Shown: positions 26,776 to 39,610 of the stretch, piece after piece
Numbering within the stretch: the stretch's first letter is position 1
Layout of the letters: the number at the start of each line of letters is the position of its first letter
DNA from: Octopus sinensis
Taxonomy: Eukaryota
DNA: 64,000 bases
Direction: 5' to 3'
Assembly (NCBI RefSeq): GCF_006345805.1
Contig: NC_043023.1
Coordinates: forward strand, 2,480,001-2,544,000
Program-made: the position numbers and the translations under genes
Notes under the pieces: generated by a model
What the model saw: the letters and a program-made list of their open reading frames with translations, nothing else
Databases searched by the model: none
Told to the model about the DNA's origin: nothing

Positions 26776-28179
26776 GTAATAAATAAAATATATGCATACA
26801 TACAAACATATATGTACGTACCGACATCTACATGTATATATACATGCATATATAAATATATATACGTACAGGACATCACAGGGAGACGAAAAAATCAACA
26901 GAACGAAAACGGAAAAGACATTTTGTTACAACAGAAGGATAGAGACGTGGAACAAGACGAAACGAAAATGAAAACGGGAGAAACAATTATGTGCAGCAGA
27001 AAAACGAAGTACAGGACATGCTGCACAAGGCAAAATCCCCTTCATCAGCTTTCGCTAGCAGACACGTGTTTCGAAGGCAGAGACAGAACACGTATAGTCA
27101 AGCTAGGCCTTCCTACGAGAGAATTAAAATAAAATAAACTCGTAGAGGGGTAAACGAGCAAGAAAAAATGTAGCACAAAAAGGGACGTAACAAAGAACAG
27201 CACAAAAAAATACATACAAGAAAAAAATAATACAAAATTAAAGATACATGTACAAGAAAATACATAACGAGAATTAAATTACAATACGAGAAATCAAAAA
27301 TAAACAAGAGAACAAACGAAAAAGACGAACGAAGGCCTTTGTTCTGGCGGGGACGAGAAAGTAACTGGCCTGCGCGAGGAAACATGACCTTGAGGCCTGA
27401 ATGCAACAGGCGGAAAGGTTTAGCAGTGACGAAAGTGAGGAGGAGTGGGAGAGAGAGAGAGAGACAGATAGAGGAAGACACAGGCTAGAGAGAAGGGTGA
27501 GGTAGTGAGAGCAAGAGAGGGGGGAAGTTAAAGCAAAGGGAGAGAATTTCGCATCGTTGTAGTAAACTGTAAAAACGGACAAGGAGGAAGAGACGGAACG
27601 AAGTGAGAATTCGAAAAATCGAAAATTCAAACGAACCCGACGCGAATGACCCGTCTTTCTTTGCCTGTCCTTCTAATTGTCATTTCTCTTGTCTGCCTTT
27701 GTGTCGTCTATCTGTCCGAACATTTTTATGCCCACTATTGCATTTTTGTTCCATTTTTATATATTTATATATATATATATACACACACACATATACACTG
27801 GCGAAAATAAATTTAAGACCGATGATAAAAGTTCTATTTCTTACAAAATATTTTGTTACCAACACCATACAAATCATTTCTATCTTTCACACCTTATGCA
27901 GAATTTATTTCTCTTTCGAATGATGCAGACAATAACTATTTTTATACAACTTGAAGAATTCTAATGCTAAATTAATATAAACGTTTCAAATTTACCAGCA
28001 AAATTAGTTTAAGACCAAATCATTATAATTTCATTATGAGAAATATTAAATTTCTAAATTTTAATTATTTAGAAATTTCATATTTCTGATTTTGGTAATC
28101 TGTGAATAAACGTCACTGAAATTAGATAATACATTTGCGAGTCGAGGACAGATATCAACAGCTGACCGGTGTCTGCTAG

Positions 28180-28226
28180 TCTAGACCGATGAAGGACAAT
28201 GATCCTGAAACACGTGTATCTCTAGA
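28180..28226 (+). ncRNA. Minimal type-I hammerhead-like motif (core variant CCGAUGA)
   Basis: UCUAGA CCGAUGA AGGA-CAAUGA-UCCU GAAAC ACGU GUA/UCUCUAGA; perfect 4-bp helix II and palindromic ACACGUGU helix III. Confidence 0.6.
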
Positions 28227-29479
28227 TGCAGCCCTGGCGGCTGGGGGTGTTTGTCTCCCCTTTGTAAATGTATATAAGAACACAGGAAAAATGTGTCAAA
28301 GCCATCAGGAGGCGTTGATGCTTCCTAGGGCTAAACAGCGGTGATGTAACTGTCACGTTCATGTTAGATTGACAGTAGACAACCATTCCATTATAATTTC
28401 ATTTAAAGCTTAAGATTGAAGCAAAAATGAGTCACAAGAATGAAGTACATATTAGTACTTTGTGCCGTAGCCTTTATTCTTAGTAACGGCTGAACAAAGC
28501 CTCGGCATTGAATTCGCTAAGTAATTACAAAATTCTATACTCTCTCTTTTTACTCTTTTACTTGTTTCAGTCATTTGACTGCGGCCATGCTGGAGCACCG
28601 CCTTTAATCGAACAAATCGACCCCAGGACTTATTCTTTGTAAGCCCAGTACTTATTCTATCCGTCCCTTTTGCCAAACCGCTAAGTGACAGGAACGTAAA
28701 CACACCAGCATCGGTTGTCAAGCAATGTTGTGGTGGGGGGGGGACAAACACAGACACACAAACACACACACACACATATATATATATATACATATATACT
28801 ATGGGCTTCTTTCAGTTTCCGTCTACCAAATCCACTAACAAGGCTTTGGTCGGCCCGGGGCTATAGCAGAAGACACTTGCCCAAGATGCCACGCAGTGGG
28901 ACTGAACCCGGAACCATGTTGTTGGTTAGCAAGCTACTTACCACACAGCCACTCCTGCGTCTATGGGAATATTTTGCCATATTCCATCAGAGAAGACCGA
29001 ACCCGATCGCTTAGAGGAAGTAAAAGTTGTAACAAGTGCTGTAACATGGCCACAGAAAGAAAAAAGAGCTATATGCTCATACTTATTGACAAGTTTCTCT
29101 AAACTAGAAATTCCACAGGGTTTTACTCTTTAGAACATTCCAGCATAAATTAAGGAAATTTTTGAATCAGTCTTGTTCCAGTCTCCGAGGGTGGGCATGG
29201 TGACGGTGGTGATTGTGTTAGCTTTGAAATATTTCTAATAAATATATACATATTATATTTTATACATAGTGAGGGGTTTTTTTTAAAAATTTATTTTTTG
29301 CTTGTTCTTGTTTTTTTTTTTTTTTCACCTGGCAGGTATATGTAACTGTCTCTGAATTGACATCAAAGGAATTATTTGTGGGGAGGATTAAACAAACTAA
29401 CTGGCTGAGGGGGATGAACACCCAGCTGGTGATAGTGAGGGTAGTATGATTGTGGGGAGGGTGGGGGTGATTACAGTGA

Positions 29480-29969
29480 GGGTGATTACAGTGAGGGTGA
29501 TGGCAGTGGTGGTGGTGGAGGTGGTTGTGGGTGGTGTTGGTATTGATAGGTATGGTGGTGGTGGCTTTGGTAGTGGTGGTGGTTGTGATTAAGGTTTTGG
29601 TGATGGTGGTGGTTGTCATGTGTTGTGTATGTGGTTGTAGTGATGGTGGTGGTTGTTGTGTGTAGTAGTTCTAGTGGGGATGATTGTACTGTTGGTAGTG
29701 GGGGTGGGGTGATGATTGTACTGTTGGTAGTGGCAGTGTTAGTGGTGGTGGTTATCATGTGTAGTGGTGTTGTTGGTGTTGGTGGTGGTGATGATTGTGT
29801 TGGTTTTAGTGGTGGCTTTGGTGGTGGTGGTCACCGTCGTTGTCCTGCTTGTTGTGGTTATAGTAGTGAAGATGTTGATGGTCACAGTGGTAGTTATTGT
29901 TAATGTAGCATTAGCGTTGATGTTATTGCGCATAAATGAATTAATTAGGTAATTATTATCATTCTAGTT

Positions 29970-30002
<33 letters not shown>

Positions 30003-30051
30003 ACTTGCTAGTAGTAGCTGTAGTAGTGTAGTAGTCTTTGTATTCATCATT

Positions 30052-30085
<34 letters not shown>

Positions 30086-30100
30086 CAGCAGTGTTGGTGT
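29480..30100. repeat. (GGT/GTT)n and (AGT)n simple repeats
   Basis: Direct. Confidence 0.9.
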
Positions 30101-30573
30101 TGTTACTGTTAGCTACTTGTGTATATCATTTGTATGTATGTGTGTGTATATATATGTGTGTGTGTGTATAGAGAGAGAGCAACATACATGTATGTATATA
30201 TATGTATGTGTGTATATATGGGTGTGTATATTTATATACATGCACAAACAAGTGTCATGGATATTTAATGAACACCTGCAGCTACACAAAATGAAAAGAG
30301 ACAACAATCCTCATGCAAACACACAGTCACACATATATACACATATACACACATGTATATACCATATATGTGTGTGTGTTGTTTGTATGTGTATATATAT
30401 ATATAAACATACATACTATGTACGTATGAATACATATATATGTATATGAAGATATATATATACATATATATATATATTCATATACATAATATGTATTCAT
30501 ACGTACATAATATGTATGTTTATATATATATATATATGTATATGTACATAATATGTATGTTTATATATATATA

Positions 30574-30657
<84 letters not shown>

Positions 30658-31863
30658 GATAGATATACAGGCACACATACACGCACACACACACATATAT
30701 ATAGTATGTATGTATGTGTTGCTTTTTCGCAATAGTGTGGCTTATAATGCGTTACTTACCCATGCATTTTAACTGTACTGAATCTTTTTAAGTATCACCA
30801 TTATAGGTATTTATACTCCAGTGAAATTAAGAAATCATCTCATAAATAAGCAAAACCCTCAAATCCATCTGTGTACACACACACACACACTCACAGACAC
30901 ACACACATACACACACACAGAGTCACATATCTACGTATGTTTGAAGATAATCAAACCAAATTTTCATCATTTTGAGCCACTTATCCAATGAGTACTTCTG
31001 CCAAATTTGGTAAAACCTTTTCAATCATTTTCCAGTAATTTTGCAAACACACAAAGATAAGTGATTACAATACCCTGGTTTTGCTTATGTACACAGAGTA
31101 ATGAAGGCTTGTAGCAAGCAGTTAACACTTACATTGCAATGAATATCTCATGGAAGAAATGAAACCGGTTTGTATTTATGTACTTCCAAATATTAAATTA
31201 TGTATTTTTTCAATTATGTGCTTGGAGTCTTTAATAACATATTTTGAAATGGTACAACTGTAAAAATATACTATGAAATATGTAATCTTCAAATTTGATT
31301 GTTGTAATATATTTTGGATAAGATATGATGTTTCAGAATATGTAATAATATATTTTGAAACGATTTGATTATGATAATCTATTTTCCAATACATATTATT
31401 ATATTTTGAAATGCTTTGACTGTAATAATATTCATTGGAATCAATTCATTGCAGTATTATTGTTTTATTATTTTTCCATATCATCCAACTTTAATATTTT
31501 AAATCCACATCTCTGTCAGTTTGTCTGTTTAAATCCCCCCTCTCTATCTCTCTCTCTCTTTCTGCATATATATTTATATCTATTATTAAGCAAGAAAATG
31601 GAGAGATTTAATGGATAAAATTAATTAACATTGCCTACAATTGTTTCAATTCTCACTCAATACAAATTACAAAACATATGTAATAAAATGTTTGCATTTT
31701 GAAGATTTTGAGTGGAATATCATCAGGGCAAAAGGAAATTGAAGAAGTTACTTGTTGACTGGTTGAGTCATTCTAACAGACTGTATATATATATATATGT
31801 ATGTGTGTATGTATGTATGTGTGTATGTGTGTGTATGTATGTATGTATGTATGTATGTATGTA

Positions 31864-31894
<31 letters not shown>

Positions 31895-32055
31895 GTGTGT
31901 GTATGTATGTATGTATGTATGTGTGTGTGTATGTATGTATGTGTGTATGTATGTGTGTATGTATGTATGTGTGTATGTATGTGTGTATGTGTGTATGTAT
32001 GTATGTGTGTGTGTATGTGTGTATGTATGTATGTGTGTGTGTATGTATGTATGTA

Positions 32056-32092
<37 letters not shown>

Positions 32093-32340
32093 ATGTATGC
32101 ATGCATGTATGTATGTATGTATTCTTTTATTGTTTTATTTGTTCCAATCATTTGACTGCAGCCATGCTGGAGCACTACCTTTAGTCAAACAAATCAACAC
32201 CAGGGCTAATTTGTTGTAAGCCTAGTAATTATTTTATCAATCTCTTTTACTAAACTGCTAAGTTACAGGGAGGTAAACACACCAACATCGGTTGTCAAGT
32301 GATGATGGGAGGACAAACACAGACAAAACATACATATACT

Positions 32341-32397
<57 letters not shown>

Positions 32398-32494
32398 CGA
32401 CACGCTTCTTTCAGTGTCCATCTACCAAATCCACTCATAGGGTTTTGGCCGGCTCATATATGCATGTATATATATATATATATATATATACGTA

Positions 32495-32790
32495 AAACAC
32501 CATCCGAGCGTGGCCGTCTGCCAGCCTCGTCTGGCACCTGTGTCGGTGGCACATAAAAAACACCATCCGAGCGTGGCCGTCTGCCAGCCTCGTCTGGCAT
32601 CTGTGTCGGTGGCACATAAAATCACCCACTACACTCTCGGAGTGGTTGGCGTTAGGAAGGGCATCCAGCTGTAGAAACACTGCCAGATCTGACTGGCCTG
32701 GTGCAGCCTTCGGGCTTGCCAGACCCCAGTTGAACCGTCCAACCCATGCCAGCATGGAAAGCGGACGTTAAACGATGATGATGATGATAG
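32495..32790 (+). mobile_element. RTE-like 3' end with two about 60-bp UTR repeats; more copies at about 42223-42645, 42985-43400 and 63225-63545 (all minus)
   Basis: Shared terminal sequence and (GAT)n tail. Confidence 0.75.
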
Positions 32791-32860
32791 ATGTATGTAC
32801 TTATACGTATGTATTATATATGTGTAATATATATATGTATATAATGTGTATATATATATG

Positions 32861-32910
<50 letters not shown>

Positions 32911-33274
32911 TATATATATATAATATATATATTATACACATATATATACACACACAACATATATATACAAATATACACACACATATATATACATATATAT
33001 ACACACACACAAATATATATACAAATATACACACACATATATATACATATATATACACACACACACACACAAACACAAACACACACACACACACATATAG
33101 ATATAGATATATAGATAGAGAGATGTAGATCAAATTTACAGAAGACAAAAGATGAGGATTGGTGAAGGAACAACAAGTAGGTGTATTAGTTCAATGCTGT
33201 GGAAGAATGGAGAAGTGTTTGATGGTTTGAGCCCCTACACTCTCTGGCAGAAAAAAAAAATATTTCTCTCATTG

Positions 33275-33925
33275 TCTTTTTTCTCACTATTCATCTCTTC
33301 CTTCAACTAACCACCTAACACATTTGGCCTAATTATATCTCTTCTCCATTTCTTCCTCACTTCTTTCTTCTCCATTCATGCCCCTCCCCTGCCCCTCCCC
33401 TGCCCATCTCTCTTTATCTGTCTTTCTTTAACCTCACCATCAGAACATTACCTTCTACTAAATATTGTATCCTAAACATATCTCTTTCTCTTTCCCTCCC
33501 CACCCTACCGCTCATCATTAACACTTCTCTCTCCCTCTTTTCTTTCATCATCTTTTTTCTCACTATTCATCTCTTCCTTCAACTAACCACCTAACACATT
33601 TGGCCTAATTATATCTCTTCTCCATTTCTTCCTCACTTCTTTCTTCTCCATTCATGCCCCTCCCCTGCCCATCTCTCTTTATCTGTCTTTCTTTAACCTC
33701 ACCATCAGAACATTACCTTCTACTAAATATTGTATCCTAAACATATCTCTTTCTCTTTCCCTCCCCACCCTACCGCTCATCATTAACACTTCTCTCTCCC
33801 TCTTTTCTTTCATCATCTTTTTTCTCACTATTCATCTCTTCCTTCAACTAACCACCTAACACATTTGGCCTAATTATATCTCTTCTCTATTTCTTCCTCA
33901 CTTCTTTCTTCTCCATTCATGCTCC
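33275..33925 (+). repeat. Tandem duplication of a 265-bp CT-rich unit (about 2.4 copies)
   Basis: CTCACTATTCATCTC recurs at 33283, 33559 and 33824; the first unit has an extra 11-bp CTCCCCTGCCC. Confidence 0.9.
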
Positions 33926-34797
33926 TCACCTCCCCATCTCTCACTCTTACTCCACCTCCACAATTAACTAAAGGATAACAGGTGAACAAACAAGCGGATT
34001 ATTATATAGATTAATTGCCTCAAATTTTGCACGCTAATCACTTCACAGACACTACGACTATCATTAAATCAGACTGGACATAGGAATGGTCAGTGGAACT
34101 GTCAACAGAACTCAAACATTTTGGTAACATATCATGTCTTGCAGCTCACTTTTTAAAGAATATATTTTTCATCTCCACTTGTTTCAGTTCTTATACTGTG
34201 GTCATGCTGGAGCACCACTTTGAAGGGTTTAATTAAAGAAATTAACTCCAGTATATTTATAGTTTATTTTTTTGATAAAAAAAAACTGATTAGTTTTGTT
34301 TTGCCAAACTGCTAAGTTATAAGGACGTAAACAAACAAACATTGGTTGTCAAGCAGTGATGGGGGACGAACACACATGCACAAAGACATACGCTTTTCTT
34401 GGCCTATTCTTTTCCTTCTCTCCAGATTTTTTTCTCTTTCCTCTTTCTGATGAAGAAACATGCTTGAAACGTCTTCTTCCATCTTAAACTGAGCATCACC
34501 CTAATGCATTTACTGTGGACATTCTTTTAAATTTTGTTGTTTTTGTTTTTAGTTTTGATTTGCCTTCATATCTATCTGTCTGTCTCTGTCTGTCTATCTA
34601 TCTATCTACCTCTTCAAAATATGGAGGGGGAAATGCCTCTCTATAAAAGTAAACACTAGGTAATTACCTCCCTTTGCCACTGGTCATTGAGCTTTGTCCA
34701 TGCTGCCACCTTGCGGTCACCAAGGATCCATGAAGGTAAATGATTGTCTCATTTCAGCCTATATATATATGTATACATATGTATGTATGTATATATA

Positions 34798-35040
34798 TAT
34801 CTGTAAATGTAATATGTGACAATTATTCGGTAGCCAAGATAAAACTCTGAGTTTCGGTTGCCGAGGTGGAAATCCACGCCGCCATCTCTTCAGTTATCCG
34901 ACCATCGGAAAAAATGCTATGAAAAATGACCATTATACAAAGGGAAATTGCTGTGTGATTGACCGTTATTAAGACAAAGGAGCTATTTGGGAGTTTTATC
35001 TTGGCTACCGAATAATTGTCACATATTACATTTACAGATA
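34798..35040. mobile_element. Element with perfect 50-bp inverted repeats (34798-34847 and 34991-35040); relative at 43443-43626
   Basis: TATCTGTAAATGTAATATGTGACAATTATTCGGTAGCCAAGATAAAACTC and its exact reverse complement; both members continue into the same 3' flank AATT(T)CCTCTATTTACATAATAT. Confidence 0.88.
34838..34898 (-). ncRNA. Type-I hammerhead-like motif with intact core
   Basis: GAUAA CUGAAGA [imperfect hairpin] GAAAC UCAGA GUU/UUAUC: 5-bp helix I, 3-bp helix III, GUU triplet. Confidence 0.62.
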
Positions 35041-35119
35041 AATTCCTCTATTTACATAATATCGAGGTCTCTTTCTTTCTTTTGTTGTCTTACCATTTCT
35101 ATCAATATATATATATATA

Positions 35120-35152
<33 letters not shown>

Positions 35153-35196
35153 ATGTTGAGCAAACACTAGGATTATGATTTTTATATCTTGTAATA

Positions 35197-35481
35197 GGTG
35201 GAGGCGCAATGGCCCAGTGGTTAGGGCAGGGGACTCGCGGTCGTAGGATCGCGGTTTCGATTCCCAGACCGGGTGTTGTGAGTATTTATTGAGTGAAAAC
35301 ACCTAAAAGCTCCACAACGCTCCGGCAGGGGGTGGTGATCCCTGCTGTACTCTTTCACCACTCTTTCTTCTCTTGGCCTGCTCGCTTAGCCAGCGGGGTG
35401 GCGTCATGTGAAGGCTAAAACAATGCGAACGCATTGTGACCAGCGATGTGTAACAACATCTGATGGTCTGGTCGGTCATGA
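35197..35481 (+). mobile_element. SINE family C, tail variant 2; second copy at about 43967-44278
   Basis: A-box TGGCCCAGTGG, B-box-like GTTTCGATTCC, shared core, tail GCGAACGCATTGTGACCAGCGATGTG. Confidence 0.85.
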
Positions 35482-35793
35482 AAAGATAAAAAAAAAAGAG
35501 AAGAAAACAGTATATATGATAGACGTCTTTCCATTTCCACCTACCATAAATAACTGCACATATCCATCTGTATTGAGTACGTTCTGTTTTGCTTGAGAAT
35601 CCAGACATTTATGTTGGACAGTATGTGTATGTGTTTGTATGTACATATACTTGCCCAAACATATATTAATATATTTTCATGCATACTCATGTATTCTCTA
35701 TGTTCACACATATACAAGCATATACATAAGTATGTATATACATATAAGAATATACATAAAAACCCATTGTATAGAAATAACCTCCTCACACAC

Positions 35794-35827
<34 letters not shown>

Positions 35828-36222
35828 TATGTATGTGTACATGTATGTATAGTCAGACACTCCAGCACATTTACACACAACGCACATACATGTATTATAT
35901 GTATATGTATACACGTATACATAGACACACGCTCACACACATATATGCATACTTACATATACCTTCATACATACATTCATACATATATACATACATACAT
36001 GTACATATATACTTATGTACATACATATACATCTACTCACAGACGTACATCTATACACACATACACACACAAATACATATATTATATACCTACATGCATA
36101 TATATATGCATATAAGTGTGTGTGTGTATGCATATATATATTTATATATACATATATGTGTGTGTGTATTATATACATATATGTATGTATTATGTATATA
36201 TATTATGTATGTATTATGTATG

Positions 36223-36257
<35 letters not shown>

Positions 36258-36914
36258 GTATATATATATTATATACATATATATATACACATATATGTAT
36301 ATATGTATATAATATATATGTATATATATATAGTATCATATGTATGTATGTATATGTGTGTGTATATAAGTATATGTATATATTCATGACACATGAACAA
36401 TAGGATGTAATGAAATGAAATATAATCAGAGATATCCTCAAAGCCAATTGTCGTTACCGACCAATCCTATGATTAGCAGGATTAAGAAACGATAAGAAAA
36501 GAGGAGGAGGAGGGGGGGAGGGGCCAGCCATTATTACCGGCAGAGTAATTCGTTAGGAGAATGGTATCAACGGAAGAAATTTCGGAGTGGCACTGGGTTG
36601 GCGGGGGGGGGGGGGGCTGGTCGGTGGGGTGTTGGTCGGTGGGGGTGACGATGGAAAGAGAGTGAAGAATGGCGACTGATTAAAATTCTTTGAGAAAAAA
36701 AAAAAAATAAAATGCAATGGAATCGAATATCTTACCTGATTTGTGCTTTTTTTGTGCTTATTTTTGATATTTTTTCCCAGATTTTTTTTTATTTTTTAAT
36801 ATTCTGGAAACCTCAGAAAATAATAAAAGAAATACGTGCAGAATTAACATTATTGTTAATATTTAAACTGTCTGTCATATTGAGTATCAACACCAGCGTT
36901 CATTATTATTATAT

Positions 36915-37700
36915 AGGTGCAGGAGTGGCTGTGTGGTAAGTAGCTTGCTTACCAACCACATAGTTCTGGGTTCAGTCCCACTGCGTGGCACCTTGGGCAT
37001 ATTCTCTTTTCTCTTTTACTCTTTTACTTGTTTTAGTCATTTGACTGCGGCCATGCTGGAGCACCGCCTTTAATCGAGCAACTCGGCCCCGGGACTTATT
37101 CTTTTTGTAAGCCCAGTTCTTATTCTATCAGTCTCTTTTGCCGAACTGCTAAGTAACGGGGACAGAAACACACCAGCATCGGTTGTCAAGCAATGCTAGG
37201 GGGACAAACACAGACACACAAACACACACACGCATATATATATACATATATACGACGGGCTTCTTTCAGTTTCCGTCTACCAAATCCACTCACAAGGCTT
37301 TGGTCGGCCCGAGGCTATAATAGAAGACACTTTCCCAAGGTGCCACACAGTGGGACTGAACCTCGAAACATGTGGTTGGTAAACAAACTACTTACCACAC
37401 AGCCACTCCTGGGCATATGTCTTCTACTATAGCCTTGGGCCAACCAAAGCCTCGTGAGTGGATTGATGGAAACTGAAAGAAGCCCATTGTATATATGTAT
37501 ATGTATATATGTGTGTTTGTGTCTGTGTTTGTACCCCCAACACCGATGCTGGTGTGTATACATCCCTGTAACTTAGCAGATTGGCAAAAAGAGACCGATA
37601 GAATAAGTATTAGGCTTAAAAAGAATAAGTCCTGGTCTCGATTTGCTCGACTAAAGGTGGTGCTCCAGCATGGCCACAGTGAAATGACTGAAACGAGTAA
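36915..37700. mobile_element. Family-A SINE (+) interrupted by a second family-A SINE (-)
   Basis: Outer head 36915-37002 resumes at 37411; target-site duplication GGGCATAT at 36995-37002 and 37411-37418. Confidence 0.85.
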
Positions 37701-37705
37701 AGGAG

Positions 37706-37851
37706 TATGGCAAAATGTGGAACCTCAAAATTGAAACAATACCTGTGTCATAGGTACCCTTGGAATGATTGCAAATCCAAAAATGGAAGAAATTCAGAAA
37801 TTAGGGCTCATAGGAACTGCTCATATCCTACAAAAAATATTGTCTATGTAA
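37706..37851 (+). pseudogene. R4/Dong-like REL-domain terminal fragment
   Basis: KMWNLKIETIPV/IGTLGMI..MEEIQKLGLIGTAHILQKILSM*. Confidence 0.7.
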
Positions 37852-39368
37852 TTCCCAAAGCATTTTAATCTGTTAATATTTTACTGTTAAATGTACATAA
37901 TAGCAAAATACCTTTTACTGTCATTTTAACATCACGCTGTCATCCGATCTCCAGATTGATTTTAAAACCAACTTTTCTTGTTTTCACAGACATTCTCTAG
38001 AACAATGCTCTGTGCAAAAATTAAAAATATGGCAACCTACTCACAACTTCAACTTCTAACTTGATGTCTCTCAAAATTTCTGAGAGAAACTTGGAGTCAA
38101 CTTCTGCAAAGCAAAGGCCAAACATATAATAATGATAATGATAATGATAGCCCTGATGCAGTACCAGGCAGTGGCTCTCGTGGCTTCTGATCTTAACTGA
38201 TTGGAAGTGTTATCATGTACATTGTTTTGTCTTGGTATGAAAGATGGGCTACAGCAAATATTCTGCTCAATACCACAGATTTGCTTGTCAGTTGTTTGAC
38301 CTTAACCAGTTGAGCATGTCCATTAGTGGCTGATGATATGTGCATCTCTGATCACGAGCAGAAGTAGTGGGGGAGCATCATAGCCGTGTGTTGAGAGGGA
38401 TTCTTTGGGGTTTGAATAATTCATCTCTAGAAACATGGGTGCTTCATTTATTATCCTTAAACAACCCTTATTCAGGGACCTTTTGAGTGGGATGGGCTAC
38501 TTGACCCAAAGAAAATTCTAACTGGGCCCCACCTGCAAGGTCATTCACTGTGAATCTTGATATGAGATCACCATGTCATGCACATATGGTTGTAATGCAT
38601 GTGCCTGGTGTACCCTTATCAGACGAGTAGTCATGATGGGTATACTGGGCTTCATATATTTTACCCCAGTGTCACTTTGATGGCATGAACTGCTCTCTCA
38701 CTCAATAATAATAATAAGAAGAAGAATCCTTCCTCAGATTTTGGGGGAGGGGACTAATCGATTACATTGACCCCAGTGTTTCAGTGGTACTGGTAATTTA
38801 TTGACCCTGAAAGAATGAAAGGCAAAGTCGACCTCTGTGTAATTTGAACTCAGAATGTAAAGCTGGGGTGAAATATTTCATCTAGCTTGCTAACACTTCT
38901 GCCATTGACCCCAGGGCTTGACCCAGGAGGGATGAAACGCAAAGCTAACTTCAGTGAGTTTTGAACTCAAAAGATTAAAGGGTTAGCAGAAATATGGCAA
39001 AACAGTTCTTCTGTTGCTCAGATGATTCCATTAGATATCTACCTTTTATGAAGATGATGATGATAATGATGATGATGATGATAATAATAATATTAATAAT
39101 AATAATAATAATGAACATGATAATATTGATAAATTCTGGGGTTTTGAACACTGATAATTACAATACTGGTAATTGTAATAATAACGATAATGACCATAAT
39201 AATAACAGTAACACTAATAATAATGATAAATGTAATAATAATAATAGTAATAATAATAATAATAACAACAAGAGAGGAAAAAGTGATAATAATGGTGGAA
39301 ATGATTAAAGAACACATTATTAAACATTGTTATACATATGTGTGAGTGTGTGTGTGTGTGTAAATTCA

Positions 39369-39468
39369 NNNNNNNNNNNNNNNNNNNNNNNNNNNNNNNN
39401 NNNNNNNNNNNNNNNNNNNNNNNNNNNNNNNNNNNNNNNNNNNNNNNNNNNNNNNNNNNNNNNNNNNN
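39369..39468. other. Assembly gap (100 N)
   Basis: Direct. Confidence 1.
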
Positions 39469-39471
39469 ATG

Positions 39472-39610
39472 GTAAACTAACCTGATTAAATTAAATCAAG
39501 CCAATCTTCCATAGGCCCTCAGATTCTTCAGTAAGAAATAGCCCAAGTCGGAACAGAATCTGAGGGCCTATGGAAGATTGGCTTGATTTAATTTAATCAG
39601 GTTAGTTTAC
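39472..39610. repeat. Perfect 56-bp inverted repeat with a 27-bp spacer
   Basis: 39472-39527 is the exact reverse complement of 39555-39610. Confidence 0.92.

Noticed and set aside
27041-27085. Type-II (permuted) hammerhead reading
   Set aside because: The 12 nt between GUC and CUGAUGA do not form a credible helix I; a tandem type-I remnant fits better
31235-31440. Degenerate AT-rich repeats (ATATTTTGAAA)
   Set aside because: Too decayed to define a unit; an ordinary minisatellite remnant
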